Of a DNA stretch of 64,000 nucleotides, positions 47,701 to 58,865 are shown piece by piece (the first letter of the stretch is position 1; the number at the start of each line of letters is the position of its first letter). The notes beneath the pieces are model-generated. The model ran no database searches and was not told the origin of the DNA. It worked only from the letters and a program-made list of their open reading frames with translations. This DNA comes from the human T2T-CHM13v2.0 reference genome, Homo sapiens, in assembly GCF_009914755.1 (NCBI RefSeq), contig NC_060932.1. One strand, 5' to 3'. A program made the translations under genes and the position numbers.

Positions 47701-48209
47701 GAGTAAGAATGGGGAAGGGGGTGTTTAAAGCTTGAGAAAGGAAAATATAAAAAGACATAATTTAAAAGAGCAGGAATGCAAATGGACTGGGAAGATGAGG
47801 TGTGACTGTGGAGCAGCCTTTGGGTCCACTTCAGGGTAAAGGTCCAGGATAGAAAGAAGTGCAGTGTGCAGGGCCACGCCCCTTCTCCAGCTACAGCCAG
47901 TTACACAGGGTCAGGCCTGATGTAGGTGGAGAACAGAGTTTAACCAGGGCTGGTGTTTTGTCGAGTAAGAGGGACAACAGAGATGAGGAAGTGTGTGAGA
48001 GGTGCCTATCATGATTGAGCATGGAATTTACATCGTGTAAGAAGAAAGAGGGGGCATGAAGGGGTTAAGGGACATGAAAAGGAGGTAGAAAACAGGTCCA
48101 GGGGTACAGGAGAGAGTGAGCTCATGAGTTAGGAGGGGTTAATCAGAGTGTGAGGTATGTAAAGTGGAGATTATGAAGCTGTTGAGTAATGCTAAGGTTT
48201 AGGTTATAC

Positions 48210-48553
48210 CAGCTGTCTCCAACCCTTTTGGAAGTAGGGACCGGTTTTGTGGAAGACAATTTTTCCACTGGGGTTGTTGGGGGGATGGTTTTGGGATGAA
48301 ACTGTTCCACCTCAGATCATCAGGCATTTGTTAGATTCGCACAAGGAGGACACAACCTAGATCCCTTCAATGTGCAGTTCACAATAGGGGTCGCACTCCC
48401 ATGAGAATCTAATGCCTCCACGGATCTGACAGGCGGCGGAGCTCAGGTGGTAATTTCACCCTGCCTGCCACAGCTCACCTCCTGCTGTGTGGCCCAGTTC
48501 CTAACAGGCCACTGACCTATACCAGTTTATGGCCCAGGAATTGGGGACCCCTG
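48210..48553 (+). mobile_element. MER1B (hAT-Charlie MITE)
   Basis: CAG..CCAACC...TTGGGGACCCCTG TIRs and perfect 8-bp TSD GGTTATAC (48202-48209, 48554-48561). Confidence 0.9.
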
Positions 48554-51500
48554 GGTTATACAACGAGAATAAATCTCTCAGATTGGATGGAAGACAAAAT
48601 CATTGATGGAGAGATCACATTTCTGATAGGCCAGGAATCTGTAAGAAACAACAACTGATTGTGATGCAGGTAGTCCAAGGACTGTGTTTTGAGGAACTCT
48701 AGTTTTAAGTAGAGTTGGAGAGCCAAACACAAAAGTTTAGAAGCCAGAAGACATGAGGGGGCTGGAAGAAACAGGAAAGATATTAACAGAATGTTGTGTG
48801 TGGAGTGTGCTGGACACAGCGTTAAACAGTTCACATGCCTCCTTGTTATTAGTATTAGTATTTGTTTCTGGCAACAAGACCAAATTCTAGAGATCATTAT
48901 TGTCTCTATTTAACAAACGATGAGCATGAGGGACAGGCAAGTTAAATAACATGCACAAAGATAAGTCCAAACTCTGAACTTACAACCATTATGTCCACCT
49001 GCCTTGACAGGTGCAATGATTATGATAGAGCAGTTAATATTAAAATCTATATCCTAAAATGTGATTACTAGACTTATGAGATTAGAGACTCTTGAGAACA
49101 GTATTGTATACAAAGCCCTGTAATATACATGATCTCATCTAATCCTCATATTAATCCTGTGTATTAATTTGCTAGGGTCATGGGGCCAGTAATTAGCAAA
49201 GCCTGGATGTGAAGCTCATCCTCTGACCTCCTGCTTGTAAACTCCTGCCACTAACTACCCGTCACCATTACTTTCCAGATATGGTTCAGACAGCAACCTT
49301 AAAGAGACTTTTGAATAAATGTATTGATAAAGAAACCGTTACTAGTTATTTCTTTTTAGAACCTAACATAAAAAGTTTCATAATTCCTGTGTTTCCATGG
49401 GAACATTCGTTAGCACAGAATGCAGCATTCTTCCTGTCATGGAATGTTCTTTCTATAAATTCATGCATTCACTCAACTAATATTTATTGAGCAAATAGTC
49501 TGTGCATGTGCTGTGCCAGGTGCAGAGGATACAGTCGAATAAGAAACATCCTGTTTTAGGGGAACCTTTAGTCAGCCCCAGGTCTTCAGCACCTCAGATA
49601 CTCTGCAGGGCCTTTTCATGCCTGGTGTAATTTAAGACACTGCATTTGACCTAGAATACACTCCATCCCTTAGGACCCAGTTACCTAAGAGATCATTTCT
49701 CTCCCTAGTGGTTTGGCAGAGAGTAAGATCAGCAGTAGCACCCTGGAGATGGAATCTTAGATTTGGACTCCGGAGAAATAGAATCAGGGTGTTTTCCAAA
49801 AAAGGATTCTTCTACTCCAAGAAGACCCAATTTTAAAGCTGGATTTAAAAATATACCCGCTTGCCTGGCATACTAAGCATCTTAGTGGGACTGTGTTGCC
49901 CCTCAGCCATCACTTGGCTATTCCTTTCGCTAGAAATACCGGATTTGTACATGCCATGTAATCGTGTAGAGACTCTATGACTCAACACCCTCCTGCCAAA
50001 ATGTCAGGTCAAGGCCAACCAAGGGAGGGTCCTGGGCACCAGTCTGTGAGAATAAAAGGCAATGAATCCAGAGCGTGGGGCAAATTCCACTTTATCCAGG
50101 TTGGTGATGACACAGCCCTTGATACGTAGCACACAATGCGTGAGGCGGCTCTTTCCACGTGCAGAGAAATCCGTGCACTTCTATTTCATAATGTTACTCA
50201 TTAAGAATGGCACTGTGTACTAGTTCGAACTCACCTGGCGCCTACCAGAGAGAAGCGGGGGTGGGTGGGGGGTGTCATGGTTTGCCTCCTGATTTAGAAG
50301 ATCCAACTGGTGCTCCTAGTGGCAGTGTAACTCGTGTTGCCTCACTTACCTCCCAAGTATGTGAGTCACAGTATAATTTAAGAATTACACTCTCTATTTC
50401 TTACATTTGCAAAAGCTAAGTGAGACAAATCAAAGCTTAAGTTTCCTTATTAAAAAAATGAAGATCCTATATTTTATTGAGGTTTTAAAAATCTCTTAAA
50501 ACCACAACATATTTTGTATTCTCCTTGAATCACTCCGATCACAGATTTAATTTTTCGAGTCATTTCTGGAGTTGTGGGACCACACAGCTAGTTTGCAATC
50601 CCTATAGCTTTAAGAGAAGGTATTTCTAGTTTTGGAGTAAGGAGTAAGGGAGGTGGCGCCTGCTCCGGGCTCCGCCACTCCCCGCCCGCGGGCCGGGGGT
50701 GGGGTGGCACTCGGTTTCCCGCGGCTGCCGGCCGCGCCCCGCGCCGCCGCCAGGGGTGCTGCGCTTCCCACCTGCCGCAGGACGCCTCGAGGGCCGGTGC
50801 GGTGCCCACTGGGCTGCCGCTCCTCCCGGCTCAGAGCTTTCCAGCCGCCGAGAACGTGCGAGGGACCCCGGCGTCGGGCAGGGGCCTGGGCCGCGAAGGG
50901 CGGGAGCGCCTCCGCACCTGCCTGAGCTCAGGCACCCCCGCCCGCCGGAGAAGCCGGGAGCCCTCGGAATGCCGGCTGCCTCCACCGAGGGCGCTGGCTC
51001 GGGGCTCCCAGCGGACCCGCCCGCCCTCAGCTGCCGGCGCGGCACCAGGCTCCGCGCTCCGAGCCCCGTACGCCTTTCTCTCCCCTGCACTCTCTGGCAA
51101 GGCCGGGCACGCCCACTGCCGCTGCTGGCCTCCGAGCCCGGGCGCCCGAGTTACACCCATTCTCCCCACCATCGTCGGCCAGAGCCGCGCTCCCAGCCCT
51201 TCTCCAGGTGCTGGCGGCTCCGACCGGAATACAAAGAGGCCTGCTCCTCCCTGGCCCTTGCTGCCGCCACACCCGTCCGTGCCCACTCTCCGCCGTCCTC
51301 CGCGAGGGCTGCACGCAGGGACCCCTCCTCTCAGCGCGCTCCTCCCCCTCCCCCAGTGTCGCTCAAATCCACCCAGCGTTCCGAAATCCCGGGAGTGGGG
51401 GCCTTCGACTGTCACCCTCAGGCCCCCTTGGCCGCTCCTCCCGGCCCTTGGGACCCGCCAGGGCAGTCCCCCAACCCCCGCCCGCCGCTCCTCTCGGTCC

Positions 51501-52048
51501 CGGCCCCTCCTCCGGGTCCCTCCTCCTCCCTCGCCCCTCCCGAGCCAGGGTGGGAGCGACGGCAGCTGGAAGAGAAGGGATGAGGTCATCCTCTCCCTCG
51601 GAGTCAGCTGGTGGAGGAGAGGAAGCGGGAGGAGGGAGCGCGCGCGAGGGGAGGAGAGGAATGTGCAGGTCCGAGGAGCGCCGCGGCGGCCGCTGCTGCT
51701 CCTGCTGCTGGCGGCGGCGGCGGCTCGGGCGGCAGCAGCGAAGCCGGGACGGCGAGGAGCGCGGGCGGCGGGCAGGGGCGCGCGCGGGGCGCCGCGAGCA
51801 GCTTGGCTCCGCGCAGGCAGCCAGGCGGCGCTCCTGCCGGCCCCAGGCGCGCCGCTAGCCCGGCCCAGCGCCCAGCCCGGCGGGCGGCGGGCGGCGGCGG
51901 ACGGCAGGCGAGCCGACGCAGGAGCAGGAGGAGGGGGAGCCGCACCGCCTGGGAGGGAAGCCGGGGCGAGGCGAGGAGGTGGCGGGAGGAGGAGACAGCG
52001 GGGAAAGGTGTCAGATAAAGGAGGGCTCTCCTCCGGTGTGGAGGCATC

Positions 52049-52854
52049 ATGGCCGCTAAATCAGACGGGAGGCTGAAAATGAAGAAAAGCAGCGACGTGG
52101 CGTTCACCCCGCTGCAGAACTCGGACCACTCGGGCTCGGTGCAGGGATTGGCTCCAGGCTTGCCGTCGGGGTCGGGAGCCGAGGACGAGGAGGCGGCCGG
52201 GGGCGGCTGCTGCCCGGACGGCGGCGGCTGCTCGCGCTGCTGCTGCTGCTGCGCCGGGAGTGGCGGCTCCGCGGGCTCGGGCGGCTCCGGCGGCGTCGCC
52301 GGCCCGGGCGGCGGCGGGGCGGGCTCGGCTGCGCTGTGCCTGCGCCTGGGCAGGGAGCAGCGGCGCTACTCACTGTGGGACTGCCTCTGGATCCTGGCCG
52401 CCGTGGCCGTGTACTTCGCGGACGTGGGCACAGACGTCTGGCTCGCCGTGGACTACTACCTGCGCGGCCAGCGCTGGTGGTTCGGGCTCACGCTCTTCTT
52501 CGTGGTGCTCGGCTCTCTGTCGGTGCAAGTGTTCAGCTTCCGCTGGTTTGTGCACGATTTCAGCACCGAGGACAGCGCCACGGCCGCTGCTGCCTCCAGC
52601 TGCCCGCAGCCTGGAGCCGATTGCAAGACGGTGGTCGGCGGTGGGTCTGCAGCCGGGGAAGGCGAGGCTCGTCCTTCCACGCCGCAAAGGCAAGCATCTA
52701 ACGCCAGCAAGAGCAACATCGCCGCGGCCAACAGCGGCAGCAACAGCAGCGGGGCTACCCGGGCCAGTGGCAAGCACAGGTCTGCGTCCTGCTCCTTCTG
52801 CATCTGGCTCCTGCAGTCACTCATCCACATCTTGCAGCTCGGGCAAATCTGGAG
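52049..52854 (+). CDS. XKR4: XK-related protein 4 (caspase-activated phospholipid scramblase), coding exon 1
   Basis: [23 protein letters not shown]..., XK-family TM motifs ([51 protein letters not shown]), strong Kozak ATCATGG, and donor AG|GTACTG at 52854/52855 (806 coding nt, phase 2). Confidence 0.97.
52559..52579 (+). promoter_or_regulatory. RE1/NRSE (REST-binding) motif inside the coding exon
   Basis: TTCAGCACC-GA-GGACAGCGCC versus consensus TTCAGCACC-NN-GGACAGCGCC. Confidence 0.85.
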
Positions 52855-53409
52855 GTACTGTAATGGGTGGGGGAAAAGGGAGGCTTGCTGCTGCTACTAC
52901 ATCCCCACTGCTTTGCTTTTGCACGGAAATCTTTCAGGGTTGCTTTGGTAGTAACCCTAGTCACACTCTTCCAGTTTTTTGGGTTTCTTTTGAACTGGGG
53001 CTTGCATTTTTAAAATTTGCAATCTCAGTCTAGGGTGGGAGGGAAGTGAGAAGCAAGGGAAGGACAGCAAAGTGGTTTCGATCACCTCATCCCTTCTGTC
53101 TTCCCACTCTGCCTTACTGGCTTCTTGCTCTTGGCATGCCACAACCCCCCTCCCCGCTTCCCCATTTTTAGTGATATTGTTTCAGTGAGTAGGAGAGGAT
53201 TCCTGTCACATCTTCTAAAATTCCTTTATTATTATATTGAATTTGAGGTGTGTGTTGCCATTTGGATGGTTTCTTTTGTTCCCTGGGGAAAAAAAATTGC
53301 TAATTCTAGTGAAATGGGAGTTGCTGCTGCTCAAAAGTACCCACATATTAATGATCACTGCTGGAGAAGTGCTTTACTCAAAGTAAAGATCCTAATAGGC
53401 AAATGACTT

Positions 53410-53413
<4 letters not shown>

Positions 53414-53458
<45 letters not shown>
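53414..53458. repeat. (TA)22 microsatellite
   Basis: Pure alternating TA run of 45 nt. Confidence 0.95.
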
Positions 53459-53461
<3 letters not shown>

Positions 53462-56400
53462 CGAGCATGATTCAGTAAGCTTTATGGGGCCCAGATTTAC
53501 TTTTAGAGTGCCCTTTCTGATTATCTTGCAATATCTCCATATCTAATTTCTCATATAATTACAAGCCTTTGGAAAAGGGGTGGGGCACCATGTTAACTTT
53601 AGTTGTACTTGGTATCTTCGTTGGCTACTTTGCTGCTTGTCATCTGATCTACCAAGTCTTTTTACACAGGGATCACTTCAGTTATAAACTGGAATACAAG
53701 GCTAAACTTGGGCAGAGGGAAACCACCACTTGAACAGTCACTGCATGGACTTAGGAGCAGAATGAAATAGTATGCTCAGGAATACATTCTTTTGACTTTT
53801 ATATGCTACTAGCAGATTTCGAAGCAATATTTTACATCTATAAAATTACTTATATGGAAGTCTATAGATTCTAACATGTCAGAGCTTTTTTGGTTTTAAA
53901 ATAACTTAGTAAACAGGTGGTATAAGCGAAATGAGGACAATTCCTAGAAAGTACACCAATATGGGACTACACTCTGTGGTACTGGTGCTCTTTTTCAATT
54001 TTATTTGTGGCTATTTTTGTGATAAAAGATATGAGTTCTTGACTATGCCGAAGTATCACCTGTGGAAACAAGTTAGAGGATTTGTGGACTAGAACCACAA
54101 ACTTCTTTTTATTTATGATGAACAACCATATGTTCACCTGAGAAGAGCAAGTGTGGTGATTTCACAACCTTTCCTGGGACCAGAGCTTTGTAAAGCAGAC
54201 TGAACATTGCCATAGATGGTGACCTTCCAGATTGTGAAACATTTTTTTTCAAGCACACACTTTCTGAAAAAGTGATATTTGATATGTAGTCAGACAAATT
54301 GATGTTGGAAACCTTCATACATATTTTGGACTCAAAGTAACTTTTTGAAATTCTAGTTAAATATGATAGCTATATTTCCCATGGATGACTATTGGGAAGA
54401 CTTATAGCTTGATGCTCTTCAAGTATGATGAAGGACTTAAGTGCTTAATTTACTTACTGAAATTACTGACTGGCTAGGATGCATCTGATTAGCATTTCTA
54501 ATCTGATAATTTGGTAAATTAAGCTTAACATTCCATTTGTTAACTTTTTCAAACTTTATCAAGATTTGGAAATCACTTAATTTTAACCACCTTTCAAGTT
54601 TCTAGACTTATGTAAATAATTCAAATACTTCTCTATCCTGTTAACTGAAAAACTGTAATTTTTTTTACAGATTGATTCTTTATGAAAAATCTGATATTAA
54701 ATTCTGTGAACCGAGGAAGTCCTTTTAATTATAGTTGTGTTTACTATACCTTCTAAACCAAACATCTCCCCAATTGAAAAATGATTCTTAATTTTCTAGG
54801 GGAATAATATACAGAATGTGAGAAATAATTAGGAAAAGATATGAGCCTAAAAACATGTCAGAGAGACCATAGCCACTGGGCCAACTTATCATACAGAAAA
54901 GTTATTTCAGAGGTAGGGAGTGGGGGCGGGGAGAGAAGGGATGGAAGGGTAAGGTTTGAATGTAGAAAGAAAACCACAGGCTGTCAGACAAATGTACTAA
55001 CTGACCCAGACTTGGAGAAACTGTGGTCACACATGGCTCCTTTTAGTTAAGCATTTCTATAGTATTTTCCTTAGAGGCTTTAAAGTTAATACTGATAATG
55101 CATGATCATCTAGGAGGAATATTGTAGTTGGAAATATTATCAGATATAATATTCTGGAAATATTTGTCAACATTTTCAGAATAATGTGTGTAGTAGATAA
55201 GTTTGAATTATCATCTAATCTAACTATTCTCAGATTCTGATTAAAATATTTGGGGGATGCCAGAGTAATCTGGTGAAAGCGTGATCTAAGACTAATCAGC
55301 ATCATTTTCTGTTTATGAAGTATATTTTTCAAAAAAACAAAACTTTAGCCTAATGTAGGAAGTTGGAAAGGGATAAGAAAGCTTATGGAACTTAACACTC
55401 AGATGCGCTCTAATATGTTTCTATTTCTCTGAGTGTTGAACATTCATGTGGAACTTTGGGGGAGTAGACGCATCTTTGCTAATAAGCCGACGAAGTGCAA
55501 CTCATCTCAGATTTTTCTATTAGACTCACTATGATTCCTTAAATTAGAAGCATCCCTCTGCCTCTTCTAGCTTTTCTTTTCAATACATTATACACAAATA
55601 TTGCAGAAACACCAGAGTACTGAGTGGTTCAAAGCACAGAGGTCATTATTCATGTTTTAACATGCTACTTTCTGGGATCAATAAAATAGATTTTAGCTAG
55701 GTTGGTAACTGCTTCTTGTGTTTCCATGAAATTCTAATTATTTTAGGGAAGGACCAGATTCTAAAAGCTTTCTCTAAATACAGTCTTTTGAAATAACATC
55801 AAAGCATTTGCTTGTTTAGAAATAGCCATTGAAACATTGTGGGTAAGATTTGCATGTATTTATACATATGTTACAATGCAACTGCTAAAAGCAATGATAC
55901 ATATTCATTTTAATTAAAGTTTACTAATGGGAAATTAATGGCAGCTTTTAAAGTCGCAGGAGGTGAGCTTGGGAAAGAGCTATTTGAAATAATAAAGTGA
56001 ATTTTTGCTACCATGTGAAAAGAGCAATTATGACTTTAAAGGAACTGTGCCTGTGAATGAATGCGAAAGTACTTTCCTTTCTTATTTTTCTCATATGATT
56101 CCAGAAATTACTAAGAGTGCAGTTTAGCCAGTGGGAATCACAAATTCCCTAAGAGAACAGTTTTTAGTCCTCATGCTTTTGATCAATTGCCTCCAAATGT
56201 CTTTTTCCTTCAGAAATTATGAAGTTTACTCTTAAAACTCTACCTGAATTTCTCCTATGTATGTATGTACATAGTTAATTATTTTCCAGAAAATATGCAC
56301 ATTGTAAATAATGAGTCAGTGGATGGTAGAGTGGGGAGCATTTTCACTATTCTTACTCTTCTGGGTTTTGTTTTTGAGTCTCCATCATGAGAGTCATCTG

Positions 56401-57439
56401 GGAAAAATGTGAGGAAAATGCAGTTTTTTCTGCTCTTGTCATGCTTGCTATTCCAGAAGGCACTGATTGTGTCCCATGTTCAAATAAGTTGGGAAAATGA
56501 CAGATTAAACAAAGTTAAACAGCTCTCTCTACAGCAGGACTTCTCAGAGCCTTTTATAAGCTAAGGTACAGTTATCAGTTAAGTTTTTAAAGTCACATCT
56601 ATTAAACATTCTTATAATGATGCATGCAAAGCACTTGGATAAATATGCCATTCTTAAAACTGGCCAAACAAAAATAATAACAATTTTATTGGCACTTTAA
56701 AAATATACAAATGTTTTTTTCTACTTTTTATGTCATCTACATTTTAAAATAACCTAAAAGAAAATTATTAGTATCTGTATATGTGAGACAACTGTCTCAG
56801 AGAGGTTAAGTAAGCGGCTTAACCTCTTAATAGGGTCACCCAACTATTATGTAGTGTAGTTAGGATTAAAAACGGGGCCCATTTTACCATACAGTCTATG
56901 CTTTTTCTGGCTGAACTGGCTACCTCCAAATGCCAACTTGGATAATGATGACAACAATGTATAAAAATAACAATTTACCTTCACTGTGGATGGCAAAGTG
57001 GGAAAGGGAGCTGCAGTTTAGATGGATTAGGGGATCTTTCCAATAACACACTGGTAGTTAAACAGTAAAACAGAGACTTGAGCTTAGCTCTTTGAACTCC
57101 CAGTTCATTGCCTAACTTACTATACCATTTGGACATACTGAGGTTGTTTTATTAAATCCCAGCTAAGGAACATGATCTCGTAGTAGTTTTAATGATTACA
57201 TGGCATAATGTATGTGAATATGTGAAAAGTTAATTACAAATGATAAAGAGGTTCTAGAGATAAAGAATGGGTAGAAAAACTAAGGAGGATATAGGTTACA
57301 CCTTTGACTATTAAAAAAGGTGGTCTTCAATTCTGAGTTAGTCCTGAATTCTGATATAGATTAGGCAAGATTGGTGCCATTTGCTGAGTTTATCAAATGG
57401 TTATTTTCTGCATATATGTGTTTCCTCTCTATACATATA

Positions 57440-57920
57440 AATTAATTAGTCATTCAACACACACTGAGCACCTGCTATGTGCAAGGCACTGTGCTTGTTA
57501 CTAATTATTCCAAGATGAATAACATATATATATTTCAAGGAATCTACTCTCTAATAGGGAAGACAGAAAAGTCAGTAGACCATCTCAATAGAAGAAAATA
57601 AGCACGATAGAAACAGGAAACGCAAACTGCCTTGATGGTTCAGGTAAGACTCTCTGGAAGAGGGGATATCTGAGCAAAGGTTTGAGGGATGAGAAAAATC
57701 TGCTTTCTGAGTAAAGTGGGACATTGACTTTAGAGCCCTGGATGCAATGTGTAAAGGCAGAGAGGCAAGAAAGAACAAGGCAGGTTAAGTGCATGCTCTA
57801 CATATGGAGTGAGGGAGGGAGAGTAGCTAGAGATGAGATGAAGAACTAGTTGGGCCAGATAATGAAAGGAATTTAGATTGTATTTTGAAGGCATGAAGGA
57901 GTCATGAAGGATTATAGGGG
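57440..57920 (+). mobile_element. L2 3' fragment
   Basis: TCATTCAACA..CTGAGCACCTGCTATGTGCAAGGCACTGTGCT. Confidence 0.6.
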
Positions 57921-58679
57921 GTGAGGACTGTTAAGAAAAGTGTTAAAACACTGTTTTATTCAAAGGAATGGCAGAAAGTTGAAAGCTTCAGAGGCTATGT
58001 CATTATTCATCTCTGACTCAGTCATGTCTCTGTCATTCATGGAAATCTATTGGCTTCACAGGCTTTGAGTTTGGATGTCATTGGGACATATAAATAGACC
58101 CATCATAATGGGAGAGTCATTTTTCAGAAAAACAAGTTGGTTGAAAGTTTTAATTGTATTTATATTAAAGTAATATTAAAGTAAATTATTGGCAAAACTT
58201 TCTTTGGTGTTACTATTTGAAGAGTTATTTTCTTAGGATACAGTGGTTTTTACCTTATTGAAAGTTAGTTCTTCTGATCCATAGAAATATATTCCTTATG
58301 TTTATTAGTCACATTTAACTGTCCAGAGAGCTTCTATGTTCTATTTCTTATTTGACCCTTTGAATGATCTTGGAGGTAGCACTTCTATTTTGCAGATGTG
58401 GAAATTGAGAGAGAGAATTTTAATTGTTTTCCTCCTTGGGTCATATATTTCTGGACAGATTTTAAGCTAGAACTCAATACTGATATGGGAGGGGTGAAAG
58501 CAACATGGAAAATGGCTGATGGTACTGAGGATGATGAGGTAGAAGAGAAGCCCGAAAACTTGAGAGCTCCATAGTAAGTGCTGAACTGTTGTAACCTGGA
58601 AGAGGCATTGGACTTTTGTGTAGGCCCCCTGGGACAAAATGGGTGGGACCTATAGGAAGAGATTTTGAATTGATGGAAG

Positions 58680-58865
58680 GAAGAAGTTTTTTAGTAGTCG
58701 AAGATATTTGCAGATCAACTGGGCTTCCTTAGAAGCAGTGAGTTTCCCATCACTGGAGTGTCGAAGCATAGTCAGGAAAATTAGGTAGAGATGTGGTAGA
58801 GAGACTAACTCTCATACAGAGGGTTGTACCAGAAGATCATCTTCCAGCTCTGAGATTTTGTGATA
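58680..58865 (+). mobile_element. L3/CR1-like 3' fragment
   Basis: GCAGTGAGTTTCCCATCACTGGAGTGT..CTTCCAGCTCTGAGATT. Confidence 0.45.

Larger units (their letters stand above)
50650..52860. promoter_or_regulatory. XKR4: CpG island spanning the XKR4 promoter, 5'UTR and exon 1
   Basis: Abrupt shift to very GC-rich, CpG-dense sequence with many GC boxes immediately around the XKR4 start codon. Confidence 0.95.

Noticed and set aside
49585-49605. Second RE1 site (TTCAGCACC-TC-AGATACT); a similar half-site lies at ~18641
   Set aside because: Only the left half-site matches and the right half is degenerate.
52855-52951. Treating 52049-52951 as a complete 300-aa gene
   Set aside because: XK-family similarity stops at QIWR, exactly at a GT donor; the remainder is intron.
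50588-53033. Many long overlapping ORFs on both strands (e.g. 424 aa at 50802-52076, 294 aa, 257 aa, 252 aa)
   Set aside because: These are stop-poor shadow frames of a CpG island. The longest plus-strand ones start at non-ATG codons, and all are low-complexity Pro/Arg/Ala/Gly with no recognisable domain.
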